64,000 nucleotides of DNA, from NCBI RefSeq assembly GCF_964213995.1, contig NC_135830.1:17794001-17858000 (forward strand), in the 5' to 3' direction. Positions 23,801 through 35,787 of this stretch are shown here, piece by piece; positions within the stretch are counted from its first letter, which is position 1; each line of letters starts with the position of its first letter. Under the pieces are notes generated by a model that did not search any database, had not been told where the DNA came from, and was given only the letters and a program-made list of their open reading frames with translations. The position numbers and the translations under genes were made by a program. This DNA is from Mustelus asterias. Its lineage: Eukaryota.

Positions 23801-24480
23801 TCCGTTCTAAATGCACATACATCCTGTCTCTAAGAATCCTCTCCAACAACTTCCCTACCACGGACGTCAAGCTCACCGGCCTATAATTTCCTGGGTTATC
23901 CCTGCTACCCTTCTTAAACAACGGGACCACATTCACTATCCTCCAATCCTCAGGGACTTCACCCGTGTCCAAAGAAGCGACAAAGATTTCCGTCAGAGGC
24001 CCATGATCGTTGGCATTTCTGCTGTTCCAAAAGCCTTTCAAAATATTGAACATCCTTGTTTGCCAGATTTCCATGTTTTGACAACAGATGTCTTTTCATC
24101 TTGCTTGGGACCATATTGGAATTGGAAAGCTTCTCACCACCGATCAAACAAATAGGCCGAGGTACGTTTTCATCTCCAGTCCATTTGAAACTGAGACTCA
24201 GATAGCTATCCATATATTGTCGACAAACTTTCTTTTTTGGAGGTTTGCTTGGGCCTGCCACTGGTGTAGAATTAAAGGACTCTTCTTCAGCACCCTGTTC
24301 GAATGGCGATTCTGGATCACAACGTGTACTCGGATCGTCCCCAGCATCACTTGATGCTCTGGTTCTCACTTTGGAAAAATATCTATCCATGTTTAAAAGT
24401 TTCTTTGATTGCCCAGTAGGCCTCAAGGCCGGATCAGATTTGCAGCTGCGCGGATTTTATCTGAGATCAGGCCCAGTGCC
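20810..24480 (-). mobile_element. hAT (Buster/Charlie, ZBED5/SCAND3/FAM200-like) DNA transposon; transposase pseudogene split by a CR1
   Basis: TIR cagtggctcccaaaccttttt at 20810. N-terminus RQYMDSYLSLSF...PICLIGGEKLSNSNMVPSKMKRHL (about 24000-24390), core FAIQVDESTDI, CTDGAP, THCFLHREAL, dimerisation block FWIYNQKQYP...FSTTYCCEQRF. Frameshifts and internal deletions; second TIR not found. Confidence 0.9.
22512..24000 (-). mobile_element. CR1 LINE, 5'-truncated with an open RT ORF, inserted in the hAT transposase
   Basis: Long ORF ending at 22587 with [24 protein letters not shown] and a full C-terminus; 3' tail at about 22512. The transposase frame resumes on both sides. Confidence 0.95.
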
Positions 24481-24494
24481 GTGGCCGCCATGTG

Positions 24495-25360
24495 TAGGTT
24501 AGGAGATTAGAGGGGTCAGTATTTCAGGGTGTGGGGATAGGGCCTGGTGCAAGCTGCTCTGTTGATTAGTGGGGTCAGTATGTCAGGGAACAGGGATAGC
24601 GCCTCGGTAAAGGTGCTATGATTAGTGGGGTCAGTATGTCAGGATACAGGGATAGAGCCTGGGGAAAGGTGCTCTGTTGATTAGTGGGGTCAGTATGTCA
24701 GAGCACAGGGATCGGGCCTGGGTCAAGTTGTTCTGTTGATCAGTGAGGTCAGTGTGTCAGGGATAGGGCCTGGAGAAAGGCGCTCTGTTGATTATTGAGG
24801 TCAGTGTATCCAGGTACATGGATAGGGCCTGGGGAAAGGTGCTCTGTTGATTAGGGAGGTCAGTGTGTCAGGGTTCAGGAATCGGGCCTGGGTAAAGGTG
24901 CTGTGTTGATTAGTGGGGTCAGCATGTCAGGGGGCATGGATAGGGCCTGGAGAAAGGTGCTCTGTTGATTAGTGAGGTCAGTGTATCCGTGTACAGGATA
25001 GGGCCCGGGGAAAGGCCCTCTGTTGATTAGTGGGGTCAGTATGTCAGGGCACAGGGATCGGGCTTGGGGAAAGGTGCTCTGTTGATTCATGTGGTCAGTA
25101 TGTCAGGGCACAGGGATAGGGCCTGGGTAACAGTGCTCTGTTGATTAGTTGGGTCAGTATGTCAGCGTACAGGACTAGGGCCTGGGGAATGTTGCTCTGA
25201 TTAGTGGGGTCAGTATGTCAGGGTGCAGGGATAGAGGCTGGGTAAAGGTGCTCTGTTGATTAGTGGGGTCAGTATGTCAGGGTACCGGGATAAGACCTGG
25301 GTAAATGTGCTCTGTTGATTAGTGGGGTCTGGAGTCAGTATGTCAGGGGATTAGTGGGAT
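24495..25360 (+). repeat. Minisatellite, about 59-bp unit, about 14 copies, resembling the HE1 SINE 3' region
   Basis: Unit gattagtggggtcagtatgtcagggcacagggatagggcctggggaaaggtgctctgtt repeated in tandem. Confidence 0.9.
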
Positions 25361-25859
25361 CTGGAACGAAAGTGATCTGAAATGACGCAACAGAAACAGA
25401 GAGGGTGACCAGCGAATTAAAAATCCCTGATATTATCTATTGTGGAAGTCGCATTGTGAGGATTCGACGCCACGGAGTGAATAACGTCTTTTCTAATTCT
25501 TCATTAAATCAAAATACTCCTCACAGTGTCTGTTAAGGGAGAAACAACGTTGATCTTTCAGCTGGTTGAACTTGTATCAGACTGGGAAAGTCAGAGATGA
25601 AACATCAGCAATGAACTCTGAAGAAGAATCACACAGCAGACACACGGCAGACATTTATCACAAAAGGAGCTGACACATGTCAAATTCTGCCTCTTTCAAG
25701 TCGCATTGATCTAGTCCTTCTTCTCCATTCAGACATTTCCACATCCATCAGATATCACCCACCTGAAAATCCAGCCTGTTCCTCGTTCCGCTGTTGATGA
25801 TACACTAACTCCGTGCTGAACCCAGCCATTGGCTCCATAGCTCAGTGGGTAGAGGAGAT

Positions 25860-26320
25860 TGGGTGTAATGTTGGAAAGTGACAAGATGTTCTCTTGTTCG
25901 TAAACGAGGGAAGAGCAAAGCATGTTTGAAAATGGGAGCTGATTTATCAGTGTTGATGTTCAGAATGACTTGGGTGCTTTTGTAAAAGGAACACTTGACA
26001 TTAGCGTGCAGGTGCAGCCGATAATTAGAAAGGCAAATGCAAGCAGATTGGAATACAAGAATAAGAACAAAACTTGCTACAGTTTTATGGGGTTTCACTG
26101 GGACCACATGTGGCACAGTGTGTGCAATTTTGATATCCACATTTACAAAAGAATAGCATTGCACTGGAAACAGTCTCTGGGATGAGAGAGTTCTCCTGGG
26201 ATGAGAGGTTGTGTAAACTGCGCTGAAATTACCTGAAGCTAAAAAAAAGTGAGAGGATATCTCATTGAATCCTGCTGAATACCGAGACATTGTTTGCACT
26301 GGTCGGGAAATCTAAACCAG
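25860..26320 (+). mobile_element. Highly decayed CR1 fragment
   Basis: Remnants such as 'gttcagaatgacttgggtgc', 'aattagaaaggcaaatg' and 'gaccacatgtggcacagtgtgtgcaatttt'. Confidence 0.55.
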
Positions 26321-26589
26321 TCTCAAGATGAGCACACCTCGGCGAACTGACACAAAAGCACTTACAGACATGACTCTTATTAGATTCTAATTCTTAACTT
26401 TCATAACATATTTGAAATAAATATATTGATGCATGTATTATGTATGGAATTAATATTTATTACAGAAATAATGTTGGTGACACCGGTTAACAGTAGAGAC
26501 CACAACACTTGAGAAATATTTTTCGTTTTGCCCAAGGTCCCAGGCACTCTGTGACAATGAGTGCTGATGGGGAAAAAATAGAAAACTCT

Positions 26590-26662
26590 GTCAGGGGATT
26601 GGTGTCGAACCACCAACCTATCTGTTAATAGTCGAATGCGCTGATCAATTGCGCTTAACAGA
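26590..26662 (-). pseudogene. tRNA-Asn (TAA/GTT-derived) pseudogene
   Basis: Minus strand gtctgttaagcgcaattgatcagcgcattcgactattaacagataggttggtggttcgacaccaatcc resembles the Asn gene at 12370, with the anticodon loop altered. Confidence 0.6.
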
Positions 26663-27067
26663 CTGGCATATACTGAGCCGACACTATATTAGAGTGTCAG
26701 CGAGTGCTGGATATAATCTAAAGTAATTTTATTTTGTATAAAACCAAATCCAGAACTTTCGCATTACCACACCATTTACAATTCTATTCAGTCAATTTGA
26801 CTATTTCATCCACACAGTGTTGCTGTGAGTTCGTGGTTTACCCGTTCTCCTAACATGGGAAGGGACCGTTTGAAATGGCAGACAGGGAGAAACTGTTTCC
26901 ACTGAATGGGATCAGTAGCCAGAGGACTGGCACTGAAGATTCTCAAAGGCAGACTTGCATTTATATAGCGCCATTCCCGATTATTGGACGCCAAACGCGC
27001 TCATCAGCCAATGATAGGCAGTTATAATTGAAAATGCAAACTTGCCAACCAAACATTGAAGATGGCA

Positions 27068-27112
27068 CTGATTTATCTGCAGTCAAATGCTCAACCACTG
27101 AGCTGTACCCCT
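27068..27112 (-). pseudogene. tRNA-Cys (GCA) 5' half relic
   Basis: Minus strand ggggtacagctcagtggttgagcatttgactGCAgat. Confidence 0.65.
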
Positions 27113-28210
27113 CAGTTATCAGTTAAGGCTCCGGATCCAGCATGATACTGTTTTCTGCGTGAAGTGCAAGAGTCTAGTGTTTAATTCAGCGAGACATTTC
27201 ATTTTAATTTGACCAAAATTTGGATCCAGATCTTGGAGATACCTGTGTCAGTGGAAATAACAAAACCTACTCCATTGCCACCCAGATTTCATCTTGTGTC
27301 GCAATCTTTACGATCAGCTCTTTGCAGCCTATTGCTCAACTTCACTATCTGTGTTTGTTGTTGGCCTGTTGCCCATGCGACATTTCCAATACGGACACAA
27401 ATCTCGAAAACTCATTCCACTGATTCTGACAGCGCTGTTTTCGATCAGGTCTGTTAAACGGATTCTCAAAAAGATTACATTTTAGTATATCGAAGCCGTG
27501 ACCCTGAAAACTCAGAATTCTAACCACTTGACCATCAGGATCTCATCTTCCTGATTCTTCCAGATACTCATTACAGGAATGAGCACAGTGTCAATTACCC
27601 ACAGTGACACCTCATTTCAGTCCTATGCACGCTATTAAGCTTTAAAATTAATTATATTTCCACATGAGCTTCCAGCGTGACGAACGCAGAGCTGTGATCA
27701 GCTGATGTTGTTCAACAAATTTACAGCATTAAGGTTTATAATAGGTCGATGCTAACACTGTTCTTTGAATGTAGTGAGTTACAGTGACATTTAATGCAAG
27801 AGAAGATAGCTTACTCATTTTGACAGGAGAAACCAGCCGGGCAATGCAAATGTGAATTGCTGTGGGCAATGGATGGGATTGTAGAATGGGTCTGGTTATT
27901 CTCCCTGATGTTTAAACTGGCACAAGTACCAGTACCGTTGGAGGAAATAATTTCAGCTTCTCTTAATTCCAGCGCTGCACGAGAGCAAACAACGATCATT
28001 ACCTGACAGGGAATCGATCCCTCGTCAACCTGCGATAATTATTTCACCTCAGTGTCGAATTCATGTTGCAGCTGAGACCAATCAGTGCTCTCCTTAGCTG
28101 AAGGAGGGTTGGTGTTCCAGCTCAACATGGCATTTTGTCCGACAAACATGTCTTAGGTACTTTAAACATGTTGACGTTGATATATGAGGTTGGAATCCTT
28201 GCAACTATCT

Positions 28211-28281
28211 TCCTTGGTCGTCTCGTGGTTCGGTTTCAGCGCTTTTACCGCCGCAGCCCGGGTTCTTTTCCAATCAGCGAA
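28211..28281 (+). pseudogene. tRNA-Glu pseudogene
   Basis: tccttggtcgtctcgtggttcggtttcagcgcttttaccgccgcagcccgggttc; upstream flank similar to that of the Glu gene at 13800. Confidence 0.65.
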
Positions 28282-29228
28282 TAAAAATGCATTTCTCCGG
28301 CACGGGGTATGAATTAAGAGGAGGTGAAATAACTTCCTGATAGGACACGAGAGTTTTTCAAAAACACGGAGAAAATATCCGTCCCTGAGCACAACCAGGT
28401 CAATTTCCCGCATCAATTTATATTTACATTGCCTCTGATGGTCCCTCCTGTCAAATTGGACAACCATACATTCTATTGCATTAAGTCTGAACCCCAAAAA
28501 AGTGTTCGATCGAAAGTATTTCTTGAAGTTTAAAATAAATCAAAGGTTTTAACAAACGAACCCACGTCCTCCAAAAAGCTGCCAGCTTGCATGCAGAGCC
28601 TTAGGCCAGTGATCAACCTTACTGACATAAACATTTGTTGACAGATCTGGATTGCCATTCAACAGAATCAATGGAGTAGGATTTCATCACATGCCCCATT
28701 GAGCCTCCTCTACCACTGAACAAGTTCAAGGTGGGTCTATAGACTAAGTACCGATTTCCAACCCGACCCAATAGCCCTTCATTCTCTCAGAGTCTCGAGA
28801 TCTCTCCATCTCATCCGTCAAATATCTCCATCGACTGAGAATCCATAGACATCTGGTTTATGGAGTTACATGGATTCACAAGCTTTTGAGTGAAGAAATG
28901 TCCTCTCACCTCAGTCCTAAATGGCTGACATTATCCGGAGAATGCGAACCGAGTTCCAGGCGCTTCAGCCTGGAAACAAACAGCCTCCAGTATGTAGATA
29001 AAAACACATTACTCTGAGTGCTGAAATCTGAACCAAAAAAGGAAACTGCTGGATAAAGGCTGCAGGTCTGACAGCAGCGGTGGAGCGAGAAGGGAACTAC
29101 CGTTTCGCGTCTGGATGTATCTAACAATGAAACTTATCATAAGAAACTGGTCTATTGTGTTTGTGAGCTGAAGTGAGGCAGTGTGTAAACTCATGATAGT
29201 CAGCTCATTGCAGCAGCTAATGTCAGCT

Positions 29229-29299
29229 ACCTTGGTGGTCTAGTGGTTATGATTAAGTGTTTTCGCCGTTGCGGCCCGGAATCGATTTTCGGCCAGTTT
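29229..29299 (+). pseudogene. tRNA-Glu (TTC) pseudogene
   Basis: ccttggtggtctagtggttatgattaagtgtttTCgccgttgcggcccggaatcgattttcggccag. Confidence 0.65.
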
Positions 29300-29742
29300 T
29301 ATCATAGTGGTTTGTACACTATCGCAGTGAGCTTTGTCAGCGTATGTGACGTGAGAGACAAAGTTAATCTTCCAACAAAATGAGCTCGAAAATCGGAGAT
29401 AAAACAGGTGGAAAACAAACCCTTGGCTATGATCGCGAGTGATTCCAGAATAAATGTGTTTTTTGTCATGTTCTAACTCGGTTTTGGTAACACTCAGGGA
29501 AATAGTTACCGCACGTTTTTAAGAGGAAGAGTGGCCGATCGCTTATCTCGCCCATGCCAATGATTCCTGCTGTTACTGAATACTCCCAGGTTACGGCGAC
29601 CTCTCCAGATAACAAGACTGTGTTCAAGCCGTAAACCATGTCGCCTCCCCATGTTAACTTTTTATCATTTAGTTCTCCGAACAGCTTCACATTGGTTTAC
29701 AATCTGTGAGGATTGACATCTATGATGATTTTGCCTGAGAAC

Positions 29743-30012
29743 GTGCACAGTAAGAGTTTTAACAACACCAGGTTAAAGTCCAACAGGTTTATTTGATAGC
29801 AAATGCCATTAGCTTTCGGAGCGCTGCTCCTTCGTCAGATGAAGTGGAAATCTGCTCTCAAACAGGGCACAGAGACACAAAAATCAAGTTACAACTTTTG
29901 TAACCAAACACAACTTTTGTAACCAAACCAAATAAACCTGTTGGACTTTAACCCGGTGTTGTTAAAACTTTTACTGTATTTACCCCAGTCCAACGCCGGC
30001 ATCTCCACATCA
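29743..30012. mobile_element. Short hairpin-type insertion with about 47-bp inverted repeats and a 7-bp direct repeat (probably Penelope-derived)
   Basis: Arms 29749-29795 and 29929-29975 are near-perfect reverse complements. Flanked by tgagaac at 29736-29742 and 30013-30019. Confidence 0.75.
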
Positions 30013-30734
30013 TGAGAACTAGCAGCCAGCTGTGTGCCCTTGAGTACTGTGTCGCAGCTAGCAGTGTACAGGACTTTTTTGCTGAACTACGTCTTTTAAC
30101 ACTTTTACTGCAGATGGTTATTAGTGTGGCTACTTACCCCCTTTACGCTGTATCACCGTAACCTTTTCTCTTCTTTTCTCGTCAAGCACGGGCACAATGT
30201 GTATAAAGACGGCAAAGATTTATTAAGAAAAAATAAACGCTATGCCATAATTGGTTTGTGTTTTCAATATTCATAGAATCAGAGTGAAATTTGGTCAATT
30301 GTTTTGGACAACTTAAAAAAAAATCTTTAGCATGTTCCAGTATGTAAGATTAATGTCTGGCAGAGGAATTACGGAGTGCAATAAAAGTTTACGCACTCCC
30401 ATTCTAAATGGGGTTAGTGTCTGATAACTGCACCAGATGTACAAATTACAGTTTGATATAACCCCAATTTCAATCTCCATGTTGCACCCTGCGTGCTGAA
30501 TGAGGAACAAAGTTCCCGTAAAGTATTTGCTAATAAAACGGGCGAATGCACCAGCTGAACTCCTGTTGCAAACTTAAAATGCTGGTAATTTTGTTCAGTC
30601 GTCACACTTCAGCAACCGGTTCCCAAGCGCAGGCATTGAGTTACTGAGACTCACGACGTCAAACGCATGCAGTAGCTGTGGGTCGCCAGCATATGGGGAT
30701 ATTGTATCACTTCAACAGTACGACAGTGAAACAG

Positions 30735-31076
30735 ATCATAGAAATCATGGAAACCCTACAGTGCAGAAGGAGGCCATTCGGCCCATCGAGTCTGCACCGA
30801 CCACAATCCCACCCAGGCCCTACCCCCACATATTTACCCGCTAATCCCTCTAACCTACGCATTTTAGGACTCTAAGGGGCAATTTTTAACCTGGCGAATC
30901 AACCTAACCCGCACATCTTTGGACTGTGGGAGGAAACCGGAGCACCCGGAGGAAACCCTCGGAGACACGAGGAGAATGTGCAAACTTCACACAGACAGTG
31001 ACCCAAGCCGGGAATCGAACCCAGGCACCTGGAGCTGTGAAGCAGCATTGCTAACCACTGTGCTACCGTGCCGCCA
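30735..31076 (-). mobile_element. Full-length HE1-type SINE
   Basis: Minus-strand head ggcggcacggtagcacagtggttagcaatgctgcttcacagctccagg with B box ggttcgattccc, through to the ttctatgat tail. Confidence 0.92.
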
Positions 31077-31494
31077 TGAGGAGATCTGAGGAGATTTTTT
31101 TTAGGGGAAATGAAAGCACTAACATCCATATCTGTGGAAGTGGAAATCAAAGGGAAATATTGCCAGAGGGTTGTGAATTCATCACTTTCATTGATAGTTG
31201 CATTCCTACTGATGGAATTGAATGTTTGCAAGTAATGATTTCATTACATTCCATTCTCGTTGCTTTTATGAATTCACTGTTTTTATCACCAAGACTTTGG
31301 TAAATATTATTAATCATAGTTGTACAGATATGAAACTGTCCCTCAGATTTCCACACTTCAGCCATTTTTGTTCGAGGTCCCATCTCAAATCCAGTCCAGT
31401 TCTGCCTCGATTCTGGTCGACGTATATTACAAATGTGTTTGCGTATTTGAAATGTCCACCCTCGGACATTTAGTGCCCGAACTCATTCTGACAC

Positions 31495-32237
31495 ATAGAA
31501 CAAAGAAAAGAACAAAGAAAATTACAGCACTGGAACAGGCCCTCCAAGCCTGCACCGATCATGCTGCCTAACTTAACTAAAGCCCCTCACCCTTCCGGGG
31601 ACCATATCCCTCTCTTCCCATTCTATTCATGTATTTGTCAAGACGCCCCTTAAAAGCAACTACCGTATCCACTTCCACTACCTCCCCGGCAGCGAGTTCC
31701 TGGCACCTACCACCCTCTGTGTGAAAAAATCTGCCTCGTACATCTCCTTTAAACCCTGCCCCTCGCACCTTAAACCTGTGCCCCCTAGTAATTGACTCTC
31801 CCACCCGGGGAAAACGCTTCTGACTATCCATTCTCTCCATGCCTCTCATAACCTTATAGACTTCTAACAGGTCGCCCCGCAACCTCTGTCGCTCCAGTGA
31901 GAACAAACCAAGTTTCTCCCACCTCTCTTCATAGCTAATGCCCTCCATACCAGGTAAATATTTTCTGTACTCTCTCCAAAGTATCCACATTCTTCTGGTA
32001 GTATGGCGACCAGAATTGAACACAATATTCCAAGCGTGGCCTAATTAAAGTTATATAAAGCTGCAACATGACTTGCCAATTTTTAAACTCAATGCCCGGG
32101 CCGATGAAGGCAAGCATGCCATATGCCTTCTCGACTAGCTTCTCCACCTGCGTTGCCACATTCAGTGACCTGAGCGCTTGTACACCCAGATCCGTTTGCC
32201 TGTCAATATTCTTAAGGGTTCTGCAATTTACTGTATA
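31495..32237 (-). mobile_element. CR1 LINE 3' fragment
   Basis: Translations KAYGMLAFI...LEYCVQFWSP and LGLFSLERQRLRGDL; tail at about 31495. Confidence 0.9.
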
Positions 32238-32482
32238 ATGTTGGAAATTCCATGGGAGTTTTCGAATGATTTACTGGCCACTTCTTTGCATTGTCACCAA
32301 ATTGTACCAAAAGCATTGCCGAATGCTCGAATTGTCTAAAGGAATAGAACAATAGAAAACTCTACCTTCAAATCGTATTTGCTGAATTATAATCGGACAT
32401 AAACGTTCCATTGGAAAACCTTATCGGTATAATATTAGAGGCAGAAATATTCAACTTAAATTTTCCAAGTGTAAAGTCATCA

Positions 32483-33865
32483 GGAGTGTGTATTGGGATG
32501 GGGCGGTGGTGGACGGTTTGGATTGGGTGGATGGTAAAGAGTGGGATGTTGGAGTGGATGGTGGGAGGTTTGTTGTTGATTAGAATGGTGGGAGTTTGGG
32601 GAAGGAGTTGTCTGAATGGTGGGGAGATGGAGTGGATGGTGGGAGGGGCGGTGTTGAGTGGGATGGTGGGGGTTTGTGGGAGGAGTTGGAGAGGATGGTG
32701 AATGTTGGGGAGTTGGAGCGGATGGCGGAGGTGTGATTTGGGTTGAATGGTGGGTGATTCCGGGAGGTGTTAAGGTGGATAGTGAAGGGTGGGGAGATGG
32801 AATGCATGGTGGGACTTGCGGGGTTGTCGTGGATGGTGGGAGTTTCGTGGAGGAGTTGGAGTGGATCGTGATGGATGCGGAGTTCGAGTGAATGATGGGA
32901 CTTGTGGGGTTGGGTTGGATGGTGGGGGTTTGCGGGAGCAGTTGGGATGGATGGTGAAGTGTGGGGATGTGGAGTGGATGTTGGCAGGTGTGGGGTCCGG
33001 TTGGATGTTGGGAGTTTTGGGGATGAGTTGGGGTGGATGGTGAATTGTGGGGAATTGGAGTGGATGGTGTGTGGTTGGGTTGGATGGTACTAGTTTGGTG
33101 ACGGGTTCGGGTAGATGGTGAAGGATGTGGAGCTGGAGGGGATGGTTGAAGGTGTGGGGTTAGGTTGGATGGTGGGGGTGTGGTGGAGGAGTTGGGGGGG
33201 ATGCTGAATTGTGAGGATTTGGAGTGGATGGTGGAAGGAGTGGGGTTGTCTTTGATGGTGGGAGTTTGGTGTAAGCGTTGGTGTGGATGGTGAAGAGTGT
33301 GGGGTTGGAGTGGATGGCGTGAGGTGTGAGTTGTGTTGGATTGTGGCTTTTGAGTGGAGAAGGTGAGGTGGATGGTGAAGGGTGGGGAGATGGACTCGGT
33401 AGTGTGGAGGGTGTGGAGTTGGAGTGCATGGTTGGATTTGTGTGATTGGGTTGGATGATGGCTGTTGAGTGGAGGAGTTGGGGTGGATAGAGAAGGGTGG
33501 GGAGTTGGAGTGAATGGCGGGAGGCCGTGGGGTTGCATTGGATGGTGGGTGTTTGGGGATGAGTTGGGGTGGGTGATGAAGGGTGGGGAGTTGGGGTCGA
33601 TGGTGGAGGGCGTGGATTTGGCATGAATGGTGGATGGTGTCTGGATGGGTTGGCTGGTAGGAGATTTTGGCAGGTGTTGGGGTGGTTGATGAAGGGTGGG
33701 GAGTTCGAGTGGATGGTAGGAGTTGTGAGGTTGGGTTGGATGGCAGGAGTTTGGGGGATGAGTTGGGGTGCATGGCGACCAGCGAGGATTTATGTGGATG
33801 TTTGGGGGGTGTGTTAGTGTTTGGATGGCAATTGTTTGGGGGAGGAGCTGGGCTGGATGATGAAG
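32483..33865. repeat. G/T-rich, C-poor degenerate tandem array (about 20/40-bp periodicity, GGATGG core)
   Basis: Recurrent 'ggatggtgggagtt' and 'ggagttggagtggatgg' with strong strand skew; produces Pro/His/Thr-rich ORFs on the minus strand. Confidence 0.9.
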
Positions 33866-34172
33866 CGTTGATGGGACTGAGGCCAAAACAGAGTTCTCTT
33901 TCTTTTGGAGCATGGAGGTAGGGTGGAGCTGGAGTAAAGTGCTGCATCCAGTGTCCCCCTCCCAAACGAAGATGAGAATCGATTCTAGAAATCAATGTGT
34001 CCAGTCCGTGCTGAATGCGAGGATTTACCTGACTGAAATCTAGATTAAAATGTTTGGACATTCTTTTTCAAATTTTAAATCCGTCTCCATTGCTTTATCT
34101 GCTTGATGAACGGAAAAGTGACCTCACTGCGAGATGGTTTTGTTCAGGTAAGCGAGCTATAATGAATGACTA

Positions 34173-35080
34173 TCAGATCACTGTTTTAATGAACTGCACA
34201 ATTCCAGTAAATGGAAGTTTCACTACATTCTTCAGATCCTCTCTGAATTGTGCCTGGGTCACGGCATAAATGCATGTGTTGGTGCAGCAACTCAGGAGTT
34301 GCAGCATAAATCCCAGTTCCTGCACAAATCCGGGCAAAAATGGACTAATTAATTTGATACGCTCCAATCGGCTACAAAAAGAATAGATGAGGAACACTGA
34401 CCATAACAAGATGAAATTTCCCGATATTGCAAACAGTATGATCATGGATTTCCTTCTCTTTTCTATCTCTGGGTCACTTTGACTTCCCCCACTCTTGTGG
34501 CTCTGAAGTCTCCTGCGGACTTTGCTCGACACTAAAATGTGTTTAACGGTTATAACATTGAGCAGCAGAATCAACAAGAAAGGAACAAATGGAGTTAAAA
34601 TATAGTGTACAGTTTCTACTGCTGCCCACACTCCTGATTCTGTAACAGCAGAATGCACATAACAAAACCAAGGATTATTTGCGAAATAATATTTATCCCC
34701 ACACATGAAGTACCAGAAAGTGTTCTTTACACTGAACACCACACTCACTGTTCCGAGAACCACAGCTGCCGTTTTCTCGGTGCAGTGTTTTATTTTCAGT
34801 TTCTGACAAGTAATGGCCACGAAACGATCAAAGGTGAAAGCGACAGTGAACCAGACAGAACAATCAGTGACTGCGTAAAGCAGGACAGCATGGATATTAC
34901 ACACTCTAATGTGAGCCATGAACCGAAATTGATGAAGAAAACGGATAGGAATTTGTCTCAATATGAGATCCATTTTAACGACCAGTAGATCTGCCGCTGA
35001 CATGGAAATTAGGTAACGTGTGACACATTTGGAAAGCCCACACCTTCCTCGTGATAGGATAAGAATCGTCAGTAAGTTCA
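34173..35080 (-). CDS. GPR139/GPR142-like class A GPCR, exon 2 (end of TM1 to TM7 and stop)
   Basis: Acceptor cttccttacag then tgaac. Translation VNLLTILILSRGRCGLSKCVTRYLISMSAADLLV, SVWFTVAFTFDRFVAI, PFLLILLLN, DPEIEKRRKSMIILF, LQLLSCCTNTCIY, as in the elasmobranch-expanded GPR139-like family. No stops. Confidence 0.92.
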
Positions 35081-35715
35081 CTGTAAGGAAGAGAGGCACA
35101 ATTAATTCATATTCCAGACTGAGAACAGGGGCAGCGATCTATTAGGGTTCTGTGGAACATTTGCAGCTTTTTCTTAGAGTCCAACCTCAGAATAGAATGA
35201 CTTCACCTGTAACCTCTCTTTCAGCTGGAGACAGAGGTTAAAGGAGTAAAACACCGCATTAATGTAGCAAGAAATACAATTAACCAACAGATGTAATCTA
35301 TTTGCTGCCTTGTGCAGAATTTCCATTTGGGAGACATAATAGTTTTGGCTGAAATGCAACACAAACGTGTTTCTGGTGCTCGATACTGCTGTGTCTGTGC
35401 TAAAAACTGTCCATTTGTACATCTTGGATAAGTTGCTTTGGACTTGCTTGTGAATCGCGAAGCTGGGCTTTTTTTAGCTGATGTTAAACTATTTTGTCAC
35501 TTCTACGGGAAGTGTCAAAGTGACAGTCGGGGATGGGGGGTGGGGGGTGGGGGAGTAACTGGCTGCTTGGTGTCTGGAGAAGAGCGGGGGGGTTTTCGGG
35601 GCAGGTGCGGAGGGCGGGGGTCGGAGCTTACTGGAGCAGCTAACAGTGCTTTCATAGTGGGCGGATTAAGTGACGGAGCTGCAAAAGAGCCTGACCATTC
35701 TTGCGAGTTTGTCCA

Positions 35716-35785
35716 TGTGTGTGTATCTGTGTGTGTGTGTGTGTGTGTGTGCGAGCGCGCGTGCGTCCGTGTGTGCCTGTGTGTA
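35716..35785. repeat. (GT)n microsatellite
   Basis: tg repeat tract. Confidence 0.85.
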
Positions 35786-35787
35786 TG

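Noticed and set aside
21070-24426. Domesticated ZBED5/SCAND3/FAM200 gene
   Set aside because: Frameshifts, deletions, a CR1 insertion and a retained TIR indicate a dead transposon.
24495-25360. Regular repeats suggestive of a CRISPR array
   Set aside because: Units are contiguous with no unique spacers, there are no cas genes, and the DNA is vertebrate.
29466-29690. Faint histone H4-like words (DMVYGL)
   Set aside because: Too short, and no other histone motif or 3' stem-loop was found.
32480-34061. 477-aa and 323-aa Pro/His/Thr-rich mucin-like ORFs
   Set aside because: Several frames are open because the C/A-rich strand seldom forms stop codons; this is a low-complexity artefact.
34173-35099. 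308-aa single-exon GPCR starting at 35099
   Set aside because: The apparent start is a non-ATG codon within the intron's pyrimidine tract; TM1 is completed by the exon at 41102-41198.
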